DNA of 54,203 nucleotides from a virus (taxonomy: Duplodnaviria > Caudoviricetes): positions 1 to 54,203 of IMG/VR virus record IMGVR_UViG_3300020428_000014. One strand, given 5' to 3'. Within the stretch, counting starts at the first letter, position 1. Each line of letters begins with the position of its first letter. The notes beneath the pieces are model-generated. The model had not been told where the DNA came from, did no database searches, and worked only from the letters and a program-made list of their open reading frames with translations. Made by a program: the position numbers and the translations under genes. Of this stretch, positions 36,773 through 46,253 are shown in pieces.

Positions 36773-37083
36773 TCATCGTCAAGGCTGTTCAAATAAGCCC
36801 GGATCACCCCTCGCGTAAAGCAAGGATCCTCAATTAGTGCCCGAAGCTCACGCGAATTAAATGGCAGCTCCTTGCCTGCTTCATCAGCAACTTTTTCCCA
36901 ACCAACCAAAACAGCCTCGATCAACTCAGTGTCACCTGAGTCAGCGAGGCGTTGGAATTCTGAACGTCCAATCCGCTTAAAGACCGCATCAAACGTGTCT
37001 ACTTCAAACCGGCCTTCGTCAACTGGATAGCTGACCTTGACTGGCCACTTATATGTGCTGGACTTTTTGCGGATGAACGTCAT
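36757..37083 (-). CDS. Tail assembly chaperone G
   Basis: YKWPV...FDAVFKR...LVGW motif; lies between the tube and tape measure genes. Confidence 0.85.
   Translation of the reverse strand: MTFIRKKSSTYKWPVKVSYPVDEGRFEVDTFDAVFKRIGRSEFQRLADSGDTELIEAVLVGWEKVADEAGKELPFNSRELRALIEDPCFTRGVIRAYLNSLDDEKKQT
36766..36772 (-). other. -1 ribosomal frameshift slippery site A AAA AAG
   Basis: GAT GAA AAA AAG CAA ACC TAG at the end of G; the -1 frame reads KANLEGAAKYWARGG... into the downstream ORF. Confidence 0.85.
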
Positions 37084-37114
37084 AGAGAACCTAGATTCTC
37101 TATTATTCTATTGA

Positions 37115-38059
37115 TCAGGTGTACACCAAATCAAAATCATCATTTCCAGATGTCGGTGTCGCCTGGTATGGCATATTCAGCATCTGGACTGAGTTATCCT
37201 CGCTATAGCTTGGAGCCCCCAGGCTGCAGCGTGCTGCAGTCATCGTGACGATATTGCCAGCAGTTTGGCCGTGCTGGAATGTCAGATTACCTGTACCCGC
37301 ATCTTTTGCGATTGCAAAGTAGTCTTTGTCTGACAAGACGGGTGCCTCGATGACCACATCACCAGCAGGTGCGCGATCAAGGATCATCACCTCACCTGTC
37401 GCATCGCCAATCAGCTGTCGATAAGTCACTTCGTTAGAAAGTGCCATTGACAGGCTGCTTAGACGACCTGCGAAGCTATGGAATTGGAATGAACTTGTGT
37501 TCCCCTGTTGGAATAGTTCTGGCTGCTCCTGATTTGAGTAGGCAACTGTGTAGCCACTTTGTGCCGTATCGGTTGGATCAACGTAAATCCCAGTCATCTC
37601 AAAATCGATGGTTGGAATCTCATTGTTAGAGCAGGAAAGAGTGAATGTGCCCCTAGCCCCCTTCACTTTGTGCTGTACACCATCCACGTTGTAAACCAAC
37701 GTCACAGAGTCATTTCCAGTGAATGACGAGATGGGATCGTATGTCACCGACGTTGAGGCGACGATGGTTTGCGTCATTCCACAGGCACGAAGTACGTCCC
37801 CATATTGAGGAGCAGTGCCTGCCGTGCCTGATCCGGCAAGTTCAACAGAGAATGTACACCGCACACGCTTATTCGCCAGCAATACATCTGACGTGCCGAA
37901 ATACGGACGAACCAAATCGCGTGAAACGCTATCACTCTCAAACGGAGTGACTTCTAGGCTGCGGACGAGGAGTGCATCTGAACCCGTAGGGGTTACTGTA
38001 GCTGCATAAGTAGGTTCAATCTTCGCCAACAGGATCTTCTTCCGACCCAGCAGTGCCAT
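37115..38059 (-). CDS. Major tail tube protein
   Basis: RKKILLAKIE.TY, VELAGSGTAGTAP and HGQTAGNIV motifs; position in the tail module. Confidence 0.85.
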   Translation of the reverse strand: MALLGRKKILLAKIEPTYAATVTPTGSDALLVRSLEVTPFESDSVSRDLVRPYFGTSDVLLANKRVRCTFSVELAGSGTAGTAPQYGDVLRACGMTQTIVASTSVTYDPISSFTGNDSVTLVYNVDGVQHKVKGARGTFTLSCSNNEIPTIDFEMTGIYVDPTDTAQSGYTVAYSNQEQPELFQQGNTSSFQFHSFAGRLSSLSMALSNEVTYRQLIGDATGEVMILDRAPAGDVVIEAPVLSDKDYFAIAKDAGTGNLTFQHGQTAGNIVTMTAARCSLGAPSYSEDNSVQMLNMPYQATPTSGNDDFDLVYT

Positions 38060-38189
38060 TGTCTGTTACCTCAATAGGTGTTTCATGGACGGGGTGACGA
38101 CGGCCGCTCTCTGGGTCATAAATGTACTGACCAGAAACGCCCCAGTATTCGTCATATGCCCACGGCTTAGACTCCTGGTTGGAAGTCAT
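38016..38189 (-). CDS. Small tail-region protein
   Basis: DEYWGVSGQYIYDPESGRR motif just before the tube gene. Confidence 0.6.
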   Translation of the reverse strand: MTSNQESKPWAYDEYWGVSGQYIYDPESGRRHPVHETPIEVTDNGTAGSEEDPVGED

Positions 38190-38227
38190 CAGGGTATACC
38201 CTCCCGTGTACTCTTTAATGTTAACTA

Positions 38228-38650
38228 TCACGCCGACAGACTATTAACTTGGGTTCTGTAGGTGATCGTATATCGGCTTGACACTATTCCTGCGGGCATG
38301 TCTGCTTCAATAAAATCAAACTTTGTTGGCCCAGCATTTAGATCTAACGCCAGTCCGCCAAGCGTGGTATCCGCCATGATCTTGCTATGCATTGACTCGA
38401 CCACTGGGTCTGCTAGTGACTCTGGACTATTGCCTCGTACAAACACACTCAGAGTGAAATCTAGCTCCCGTGTATGGATGCCCAGGACATGTTCCTCTGG
38501 TGTGTCTAACTCGCTAGTCACCATTAACGCGGGTGTCTCATTCCTGGCGAGAGGCTCGCTTCTATTCCTGTAAATTCTTGTTCCGACGCCAGTTGTCCCC
38601 GTCAGCGCATTCATCACGGCCTGAAGAATACTTTCTCTTTTGGTCGCCAT
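38228..38650 (-). CDS. Tail terminator (gpU-like)
   Basis: MATKRESIL...VGTRIYRNR..P...MAD.TLGGLA...Y.ITYRT pattern. Confidence 0.75.
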   Translation of the reverse strand: MATKRESILQAVMNALTGTTGVGTRIYRNRSEPLARNETPALMVTSELDTPEEHVLGIHTRELDFTLSVFVRGNSPESLADPVVESMHSKIMADTTLGGLALDLNAGPTKFDFIEADMPAGIVSSRYTITYRTQVNSLSA

Positions 38651-38652
38651 AT

Positions 38653-38733
38653 TCAGCTTTTTGGCGGGGTCATATTGTTTGCTGCGAAAATCACAGCAGT
38701 CATCACCAAGACGACAACAATCAAGTAGGCCAT
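38653..38733 (-). CDS. Possible 26-aa hydrophobic micropeptide
   Basis: MAYLIVVVLVMTAVIFAANNMTPPKS; ends 2 bp before the terminator gene. Confidence 0.3.
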   Translation of the reverse strand: MAYLIVVVLVMTAVIFAANNMTPPKS

Positions 38734-38781
38734 TTGTCTGTCATCTTGTCCTCTTGATTATATCTATATCCTTTGTCTCCC

Positions 38782-39546
38782 CTATGATTCAGCAGCTTCC
38801 ATCAATGCTCTTACAAGACTGGGCGGGGGCTCGGCGATTTGATCCAGGTGGCCGATTATCATCGTGTTCACAAGCAGACCGCCGTGAATGTAGGCAAGAT
38901 CAGTGCTCTGGTATTGATCAGGCGAGATTTTTTGCTTAAGCCCTGCACCGCAGACTCGAAATTCTTTCTCACCTAAAGCAATTGTGTTTTTGGCTAGGTG
39001 TAAATCGCTTGGTGATTTATAGAAGAAGAGTTGACTTTGAGGATATTCTTCATTCTGTCGAATAAAACCTGAGTCCAACGCATCAGGATAGTACTCGTCC
39101 AAGTAGTCCCCTTGCTCTTCAGTATCAACATGTAGGCCTACGAAGCCAGCTTTATTCATGTCAATCGCTAGCCGAGTCACTAATACACCAACTGTTGTTT
39201 GTTGACGAAAAGGAGCGAGCTTATTGGGTTCGCGTTTCTCGCGAAATGCTATGTAACCCTCATTTGAATGAAAGTTCATTTGAAGCGTCAACAATCTATC
39301 TAGCGCTTCATCAAGAGTGAAAGACTGAGGCGTTACGATGTCATCTTCTATGTCGCCAATAGTGCCAAAGTCGTCACTTACTTCACCGCCGAGGCAATAC
39401 GAAACGCCGTCGTCGATACACTCTTTCAATAATTCAAGTTCATTGTTGTAGCGATCGAATGCTTCACGAACAAAAAGTTGATGCAGGTCGAGTACACCAA
39501 AATCATAGGTGGGTATATGATTGTGAAGTTTCATGTTACGAGACAA
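38782..39546 (-). CDS. Acidic hypothetical protein
   Basis: 254-aa ORF overlapping the end of the adhesin gene. Confidence 0.7.
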   Translation of the reverse strand: MSRNMKLHNHIPTYDFGVLDLHQLFVREAFDRYNNELELLKECIDDGVSYCLGGEVSDDFGTIGDIEDDIVTPQSFTLDEALDRLLTLQMNFHSNEGYIAFREKREPNKLAPFRQQTTVGVLVTRLAIDMNKAGFVGLHVDTEEQGDYLDEYYPDALDSGFIRQNEEYPQSQLFFYKSPSDLHLAKNTIALGEKEFRVCGAGLKQKISPDQYQSTDLAYIHGGLLVNTMIIGHLDQIAEPPPSLVRALMEAAES

Positions 39547-42112
39547 TCACTTGGCAAGTGTAGGTGTGCCACAACGGTCCTGTTGAGGCATTCCCAGATC
39601 TAATGTCGATATAATGCGGTCCCCAAGTACTACTTGCGGTGTTATATCCATTTGAGAAATATGCATAAACCCTATAGTCATTGCCTGAGTCAAAATGCAC
39701 CCATTGAGATGCAACGTATTGGGAGGTGCTGTTGCTAGGGCTGTTGAGAATACTGTGAATCATTTCCACATCGGTGTTGCCATTGGACTGTATCTCGATG
39801 ACTTTGAAGTAGAAATAGTCTTGTGATGCCGTCCAGTTGCCGGTGCCTTTTCTGAAGATGGCATTTAGTAAAACCCAGCCACTCGTCGCAGCTGTAAAGT
39901 TCAGCGCTTGGCCTACGTAATTCGTGGACCAGCCTCCAGCAGCTCGATTAATCGTTACGGCGATTGTTGTACCGAGCTCGTGAGGAGTTGAAGTGTAGGT
40001 TTGCGAGCCGCTATATGCAGTGACTGTGGGATTGTTTCCTGATCTCGTATTGTAGCTGGAGGTATCGTAGAAGTTACGGTAGATATATCCGGCCGAGCTT
40101 GACTGGCCTGGGATTACCCAGGCGTGTAGTTCAACGCCATAGTAATCTGATACACCAGTAGCTGTTACGAATGACGAATAGTAATTTGTGTCACCCCTAA
40201 GCACTATTCTTTTGTCCCGGCTCTGATTAGGCCCATTCGCAATATTGTTGTGATTGTCGCTGATCCCCATGCCATGGGGTGTTGAATCTCGGAAATTGCT
40301 CGCGGAACTATGCCATGACGCAGAGCCGGTGGTGATAGTTACGTCATACACCTTCCCGACGATAAATGATGCCCTATCTAGATTTAGCTCGCCCACGCCA
40401 TCACCCACACTAGTCCAACCACCAGTTATACGTGAACCGAGGGTCGGCGATGTGATGATGTTCGTGGAAGCAACAGTACTGATTGCCAATGTCGCAGTCT
40501 TTGGACTATCAGTCGCCGTGGCACTAGTCACAACGCAGCCAACTGAGTAAGTCCCCGTAGAACTCGGCCAGGTCAGGGTGATTGATGTTGTTCCTTGACC
40601 AGTAAAGGAGATCGGCGCCGCTGCTGCAGCACCATAGAAATCGTCGAGCGAAATTACTCCACTCGTAGGCACACCGCTATTAATACTGATGTTCGGTACG
40701 AGCGTCCCACCTTTAAAGTACTCATTCAATGCGTGCGGAGCTGAACCCCCGAACTCGGTTGCGAGATCGTTGATTGAGATTGCCCCAGATGATTGCAAGG
40801 CAGAGCCGCCTGATGTCCCGCCTGTACCTGTAATTGACCATGAGTAGGTCTCGTCAGTCAGTACTGCGGCGTCTGTAATATTGCCTACCGTGTACGTTTC
40901 TTGAGTGGATATGACTGGGCCGGCATTGCCTGTAACTGTTGGGGTGCCGAGATACAGCGTACCGACACTCACACTCACACTCTTTGTTTGAGTAACGGGC
41001 GAGTCGCTTGCCGAGCTATCACTTACGACCACTTGCACTGTTCGACTGCCAGCGCTTGTGAAACTAAAATTGCCTGTATTTCCACTAGACGAAACTAGTG
41101 TTCCTCCCGAAGGGATACTCCAGGTATAGACCGGGCTCGAGGAGGTGCCTCCGATGGCAGCTGTATATGTGTAGGGACCATATGATGCACCTACATTTGC
41201 AGTTGCGGGTCCACTAATTGTCACGCTCCCAATCGTTGCTGGTGCCGTTACCGTTACCGACTTTGTGGCCGTAACAGGCGAGTCAGTTGCCGCACTGTCG
41301 CTGACCACACAAATGACACTCTGACTGCCAGCTGTCGACCAATTAACGGTTGCTGTGTTCCCACTAGACGAAATCGTTCCTGCCGAAAAACTGCCGAGAG
41401 CCCATGTGTAGACCGGGCTAGAGGCGTTGCCTCCAATTGCAGCGGTATATGCACTAGACGTACCGGTTTGAGCACTCGTCGGCCCACTAATTGTTACTGT
41501 CCCAATCGTTGTGGATGTGGAGCCTGACAGCGTGTAATCCTGAGCCATTGCTGCCCAAAGATATTTGCCGGACCCGTAATTAGGACTGCTTGATTCTGCG
41601 TAGAGATAATACCCAGTGGTGGAACCATCCGAATCTCTTGTGCCACCAGTTGCACTTGATGGTGTCCCGCCCCGGTCGTAGTTCCAACGCCCAGATGTGC
41701 TTGTCGTTGTTGTACAAGCCGTCCAACCAGATGAAAAAGATGGCAATGACGAGCTATTGTTCGACGAGTTTTTAATCCAATGAGGGTTTGATGAACCACC
41801 CTGTAGTCTTGTGGTATGGGGATCAAAATCTAGGTCTCCTCCAGTTGTCCCCTTGAGCTCCATATCGTCTAGCTGAATATCAGCTCTCCAGTACGACATC
41901 CCTGTATATTTAAGAACAATCCTGCCTGTGGTTCCGGCGTATGAGGCTAGGTTTTCTGTGTATGAAAGCCAAGTGCTGGAGCTATTCGTGTGTTGTTGAC
42001 CTGAAACAGATCTCAGTAGATTTAAGGTGCCATTAGACTCGCGCCAATAAACACTAAGCGTTCCGATGTTTGCGCCGTATGCATAGTATTTCCAGGTAAA
42101 TTGGGTAGTCAT
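39536..42112 (-). CDS. Adhesin-like virion protein (MAM-like, PKD/Ig-like repeats, fibre-docking motif)
   Basis: YGANIGTLSVY, DIQLDD, GTPSSATG...GYYLYAESS (MAM-like); three PKD-like repeats; SSGAIS..EFGG..VP.SG.IS..DFYG motif. Confidence 0.7.
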   Translation of the reverse strand: MTTQFTWKYYAYGANIGTLSVYWRESNGTLNLLRSVSGQQHTNSSSTWLSYTENLASYAGTTGRIVLKYTGMSYWRADIQLDDMELKGTTGGDLDFDPHTTRLQGGSSNPHWIKNSSNNSSSLPSFSSGWTACTTTTSTSGRWNYDRGGTPSSATGGTRDSDGSTTGYYLYAESSSPNYGSGKYLWAAMAQDYTLSGSTSTTIGTVTISGPTSAQTGTSSAYTAAIGGNASSPVYTWALGSFSAGTISSSGNTATVNWSTAGSQSVICVVSDSAATDSPVTATKSVTVTAPATIGSVTISGPATANVGASYGPYTYTAAIGGTSSSPVYTWSIPSGGTLVSSSGNTGNFSFTSAGSRTVQVVVSDSSASDSPVTQTKSVSVSVGTLYLGTPTVTGNAGPVISTQETYTVGNITDAAVLTDETYSWSITGTGGTSGGSALQSSGAISINDLATEFGGSAPHALNEYFKGGTLVPNISINSGVPTSGVISLDDFYGAAAAAPISFTGQGTTSITLTWPSSTGTYSVGCVVTSATATDSPKTATLAISTVASTNIITSPTLGSRITGGWTSVGDGVGELNLDRASFIVGKVYDVTITTGSASWHSSASNFRDSTPHGMGISDNHNNIANGPNQSRDKRIVLRGDTNYYSSFVTATGVSDYYGVELHAWVIPGQSSSAGYIYRNFYDTSSYNTRSGNNPTVTAYSGSQTYTSTPHELGTTIAVTINRAAGGWSTNYVGQALNFTAATSGWVLLNAIFRKGTGNWTASQDYFYFKVIEIQSNGNTDVEMIHSILNSPSNSTSQYVASQWVHFDSGNDYRVYAYFSNGYNTASSTWGPHYIDIRSGNASTGPLWHTYTCQVIVS

Positions 42113-42115
42113 CTT

Positions 42116-44578
42116 TTATTTGCCTTGATCGTAGACGTGAGCTTTTAATTCATCGATCTCGGCTTGTTGTTCCTTAATAGCCTCGACAAGTAGTCCGACG
42201 AGGTTCCCATATGCAACAGATTTGAAACCCTGCTCATCTGTGCTTACGACCTCGGGCAGGACCTGTTCAACCTCTTGAGCGATAACACCTGCAAATCGGG
42301 ATTGCGTTTCCAGATCAGCTCGCTGAAAGGTAACGCCGTTAATCTTACAAACTTTATCTAGAGCATTTTTAATAGGCTTGATTTCTTTCTTTAAGTTGAT
42401 ATCGGAATATGCGGTTACGTTGCCAGTTGCAGTCAGATTTCCTGTAGCCCTTGCGAAAGTGAAGCGTGTCGTGGTGCCGTCTCGAATCAACAAGTTATCA
42501 GCGCCACTACTGTTCATGTCCATATGCATGCTTCCTGACCCATCGCAGTGCATTTCAAAATCTGCACCGGTTCCAAAATTAATATTGACGCTGTCATTCA
42601 TCGTGATGGCGGAGGCCCCACCGGCACTGCCCCCACTCACCGTGGTCCAACTACATACGCCTGAGCCATTCGTGGTTAGCAGTTGACCGTTAGTGCCTGC
42701 ACTGCCTGGAAGAGTCATGCTCCAACTGGAGCTGAAGTTTGCGTGAGCTGGTGCTTGTAGAGTTACGTTGTGAGAGTTATTTTCACAATTTAAAATACAT
42801 TTTCCCTGGTTAGATGATCCGTCGCCCTCAATAGTGACAGAGCCACTGGAGTTTATTACAACCGTGCCCGTGGAATCAGGCAGCGTAATTGTATTGTCCT
42901 GGGTAGGATCAACAACCGTTAATTCGGTTTCAAAGCTATTATCAGTAGCACCTTCAAATCGTAAGTTGACACCGTCAGCTAAGTAAACGTTTTTGTGGTA
43001 AAAACACGTACTGCCGGCACCATTGAACTGCAGCCTAGTGCTGCTTACGCCGTTGCTCCTTACAGCGAAAAACAGTTCACCGTCTTGTGTTCCACTGGTT
43101 TCATCATTTATTTGGGCATAAATACTGGCATACTGCAATGAACCACTGTTACTGTCTTCACCGTAGAACCGAATCCTCCCTAGCCAATCATCAACAGCAG
43201 GTGATGCAGAGTTCCTGTAGAGAGTGATCTCAGGGCCGACACCCGATCCGGCGTCAGTTGATCGAACAGTGAGATTTCCAGTGATATCGATCCCGCCCGT
43301 TCCGGTGATGTCGTTGCTGTTTAGGTCTAAATTACCACCTAGTTGTGGGGTTGTATCCTCTACAACATTTAAAAGAACCGTACCCGTGGCATCAGGTAGT
43401 GTGATGGTATTGTCTTGGGTGGGATCAACAACAGTAAGAGTGGTTTCATTAGTATTATCAGATGCACCTTCAAAAACTAAATTAACACTTTGACCGAGAA
43501 GAACGTTTTTATTAACAAATTTAGTACTTGAATTACCTGTTAAAACCAATCTACCAGACCACTGGGTTCCATTTTCTGCTACATAAAAATCTATCCTACC
43601 GTCTTCTGTTCCGTCAGTTTCATCATTTATTCTGCCATTGATCTGACCATACAATATTTTTTCATCGGCATCATTTTCACCATAAAAACGAATGGAACCT
43701 ATAGTATCATTTGTGGCAGGTGATTCACTGTTCCGATAAAGATCAATACTAGGATTTGCACTATTTCCTGCATCAGTTGATGTGACGCTAATGGTTCCAG
43801 TGATATCGATCCCACCCGTTCCGGTGATGTCGTTGCTGTTTAGATCTAAATTACCGCCTAGTTGTGGGGTTGTATCCTCTACAACATTTAACAGAACCGT
43901 ACCCGTGGAATCGGGGATAGTAATTGTATTGTCTTGGGTAGGGTTAACAACAGTAATCTTAGTTTCATTGGGATTAGCAGCAGTACCTTCAAAAGTTATT
44001 TCAACATTGGTATTGAAATGGACATCTCTGCCTACGAATTTAGTGCTTCCATTACCCGCGAATTCAAGTCTTTTTGAAAGATTGCCATTTTGCAGTACAT
44101 AAAATTCTAATTTGCCGTCTTCTGTGCCATCAGTTTCGTCCGATATTCTGCTCGAAATGTATGCATACTCTGTCTTTTCATTGGCATCGTTTTCACCATA
44201 AAACCGAATTTTGCCTAACAAATCATCTGGTGCAGGCGATGCACTGTTCCGGTATAGATCAATGTAGGGAGCATGGGCTGACCCGGCATCAGCCGATGTG
44301 ACGCCAATGGTCCCAGTGATATCGATATTACCAGTTCCGGTGATGTCGTTGCTGTTTAGATCAAAGTCTCCACCAAGTTGTGGGGTGGTGTCTGCGACAA
44401 CCGAGGCGATTCCACCGCTGCTTGCTCCGATCTCGACAACAGCTGCTGTGCCATCGTCTTTCTTTCCGTAGAGCTTGCCGTCATACGAATTCCAAGCTAG
44501 CTCCCCGAGATCGAGATCACTTGTTGTGGGAACTCTGTTCTGAACGCTAGAACGCTTCAGTTTAAAAGTGTTTGCCAT
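42116..44578 (-). CDS. Fibre protein with three ~172-aa repeats and a C-terminal S74 intramolecular chaperone
   Basis: DTTPQLGG.LDLN x3; AY-SDINLKKEI...NALDKV..INGVTF...GVIAQEVEQVLPEVV. Confidence 0.85.
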   Translation of the reverse strand: MANTFKLKRSSVQNRVPTTSDLDLGELAWNSYDGKLYGKKDDGTAAVVEIGASSGGIASVVADTTPQLGGDFDLNSNDITGTGNIDITGTIGVTSADAGSAHAPYIDLYRNSASPAPDDLLGKIRFYGENDANEKTEYAYISSRISDETDGTEDGKLEFYVLQNGNLSKRLEFAGNGSTKFVGRDVHFNTNVEITFEGTAANPNETKITVVNPTQDNTITIPDSTGTVLLNVVEDTTPQLGGNLDLNSNDITGTGGIDITGTISVTSTDAGNSANPSIDLYRNSESPATNDTIGSIRFYGENDADEKILYGQINGRINDETDGTEDGRIDFYVAENGTQWSGRLVLTGNSSTKFVNKNVLLGQSVNLVFEGASDNTNETTLTVVDPTQDNTITLPDATGTVLLNVVEDTTPQLGGNLDLNSNDITGTGGIDITGNLTVRSTDAGSGVGPEITLYRNSASPAVDDWLGRIRFYGEDSNSGSLQYASIYAQINDETSGTQDGELFFAVRSNGVSSTRLQFNGAGSTCFYHKNVYLADGVNLRFEGATDNSFETELTVVDPTQDNTITLPDSTGTVVINSSGSVTIEGDGSSNQGKCILNCENNSHNVTLQAPAHANFSSSWSMTLPGSAGTNGQLLTTNGSGVCSWTTVSGGSAGGASAITMNDSVNINFGTGADFEMHCDGSGSMHMDMNSSGADNLLIRDGTTTRFTFARATGNLTATGNVTAYSDINLKKEIKPIKNALDKVCKINGVTFQRADLETQSRFAGVIAQEVEQVLPEVVSTDEQGFKSVAYGNLVGLLVEAIKEQQAEIDELKAHVYDQGK
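42860..44410 (-). repeat. Three tandem intragenic repeats of ~516-519 bp
   Basis: Anchor CCAGTGATATCGAT recurs at ~43278, ~43797 and ~44313. Confidence 0.85.
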
Positions 44579-44634
44579 CTGGCTGTCCTATACCTGTGGC
44601 TATCTAGCCGGACCTATTACAAGCTTAAGTAGGT

Positions 44635-45948
44635 CTAGAACGTTCCTCCATCGAGAGTGACTCCGTCTATCGTGCCCCCATCAATATTCACGGACGTATG
44701 TGCCTGTGTCGCCATACTTCCCAGGCCCAAGGTGGTGCGTCCTGCGGCTGCGTCTGCATCATCAAGCAGGCTGCGACCGAATGCAGTCAGGGTCGTCAAT
44801 GCTGCACTAGTTGCTGAATCGAAGTATGCAAGCTTGCCACTGGCAGCGGTAAGGCTTGCGATATAGCTCAGCGGAGCTGCAACAAGTACTTGGCTTCCAT
44901 TTACTGCAATACCCGTACCGGCACCTACATTGAAGGCAGTTCCAGCCTGGGACATTCCGTTCCCAGCAGTGATATCACCTGCTTTTGAGAACTGTGTAAA
45001 GGTTAAATCAGTGGTCCCAACCGTGATATCATCATTGGTTGTTAAGACAAAACCTTTGTCCGCATTATCCGTTCCTTCTTCAATGAAGGTAAACATCCCA
45101 GCGGTAACTTCAGCATCAGCATTAGCATCTGCTGTTCTATGAAAAACGGGTGAACCCTCGACCGATATGTATCTGTATATCCCGTTATAGGAAGCATCTG
45201 TCTGGTCCTTAACTAGAACGCGGTCTGCGTTAGTTGTGCTTAGCGTTACGCCATCAATGCTTGTCGGCACGCTCCCACCCGACAGTGCGATGTTCGCAGT
45301 TGTTGCAACGCGGCAGGACGCTTTAATGTCTAGGCCATTAACAACGCTGTCTGTGTAGCCCTTGGTGCAGGCGTCGCTATCTGAAACGGGTGTGGCCAGA
45401 TTTGTGATCTTCTGGCTGTTCATCGACACGGAACCGGTCGGAGCAGCCATCTGGTCCAGCCTGCTGAGGCGAACCGATGTATCAAAATCCGAGATCTTGC
45501 TGCTGCTCAGGCTCGGAATGTCGCCAGCGGTCAGATCCGCCCCAGCTGTTACGAGTCCATCGGCGTCATACGTGATTTTGGCCTTAGTTGCCCCTGTGAT
45601 CGCTGTATTGGCTTCTAAGTAGCCCTGGGCCTGTACATACGCCGTTGTGGCAATTTTCGTCGAATCATCCGACGTTGCAGCAGTGGTTGCTGTGGCAGCA
45701 CCTACGTTTACAGCACCAGTGAACGTTTTATCGCCAGAGATCGAGGTTTGGTTAGTGGTGATCGTGACGAATGCACCTGAGCCACCAATTGCTTCTACGG
45801 TAGTGGCACTACCTCCTGCCCCTCCAGAACCTTTCCCGTAATACAAAGTGTCATCAACTTCATTAAAAGCAAGTTCCGCATTCTCGAGCGAACTTGGGCT
45901 TCCAGTATTACCTGCAGCACGCCTCTTAATTCGGAGTGTATTAGCCAT
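44635..45948 (-). CDS. Fibre protein
   Basis: KIATTAYV, KITNLATP, RVLVKDQT...NGIY and LTAFGRSLLDDADAAA.RTTLGLG fibre motifs. Confidence 0.8.
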   Translation of the reverse strand: MANTLRIKRRAAGNTGSPSSLENAELAFNEVDDTLYYGKGSGGAGGSATTVEAIGGSGAFVTITTNQTSISGDKTFTGAVNVGAATATTAATSDDSTKIATTAYVQAQGYLEANTAITGATKAKITYDADGLVTAGADLTAGDIPSLSSSKISDFDTSVRLSRLDQMAAPTGSVSMNSQKITNLATPVSDSDACTKGYTDSVVNGLDIKASCRVATTANIALSGGSVPTSIDGVTLSTTNADRVLVKDQTDASYNGIYRYISVEGSPVFHRTADANADAEVTAGMFTFIEEGTDNADKGFVLTTNDDITVGTTDLTFTQFSKAGDITAGNGMSQAGTAFNVGAGTGIAVNGSQVLVAAPLSYIASLTAASGKLAYFDSATSAALTTLTAFGRSLLDDADAAAGRTTLGLGSMATQAHTSVNIDGGTIDGVTLDGGTF

Positions 45949-45962
45949 GTGAACCTAGCTCC

Positions 45963-46253
45963 TCAGAAGTTGCCGCCATCGGTTAATGTCGTTGTAGACC
46001 ATGTGTTGTCCGCTTTGAATATCCCAGCGGTTTGGTCATAGTACACAACGCTCTCATCTATTTTACTATCTGTCTCTGCGCGTACCTCATTCCCTTCTAC
46101 TACATATGGCAAGCTATTAAAGCTTGTTGTGCCATCCCCGATCTTCAATGCTTGACTGTCGCTGATATACCCAATCTCCCCCTGCTTTAAGACTGGGTTC
46201 GATGCTTGCCACTCCGATGCCGTAGCGTTTCTGATCGCAATTACTACACCCAT
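45963..46253 (-). CDS. Small Mtd-N/hyaluronidase-N-like structural protein
   Basis: RNATASEW..SNPVLKQGEIGY.SD...KIGDG....LPY; start ATG 46253 through a TGATG overlap. Confidence 0.75.
   Translation of the reverse strand: MGVVIAIRNATASEWQASNPVLKQGEIGYISDSQALKIGDGTTSFNSLPYVVEGNEVRAETDSKIDESVVYYDQTAGIFKADNTWSTTTLTDGGNF

Noticed and set aside
42116-46253. Diversity-generating retroelement (Mtd-N-like domain, repeated fibre DNA)
   Set aside because: No reverse transcriptase was found; the repeats are in-frame tandem units, not a TR/VR pair with adenine-specific mismatches
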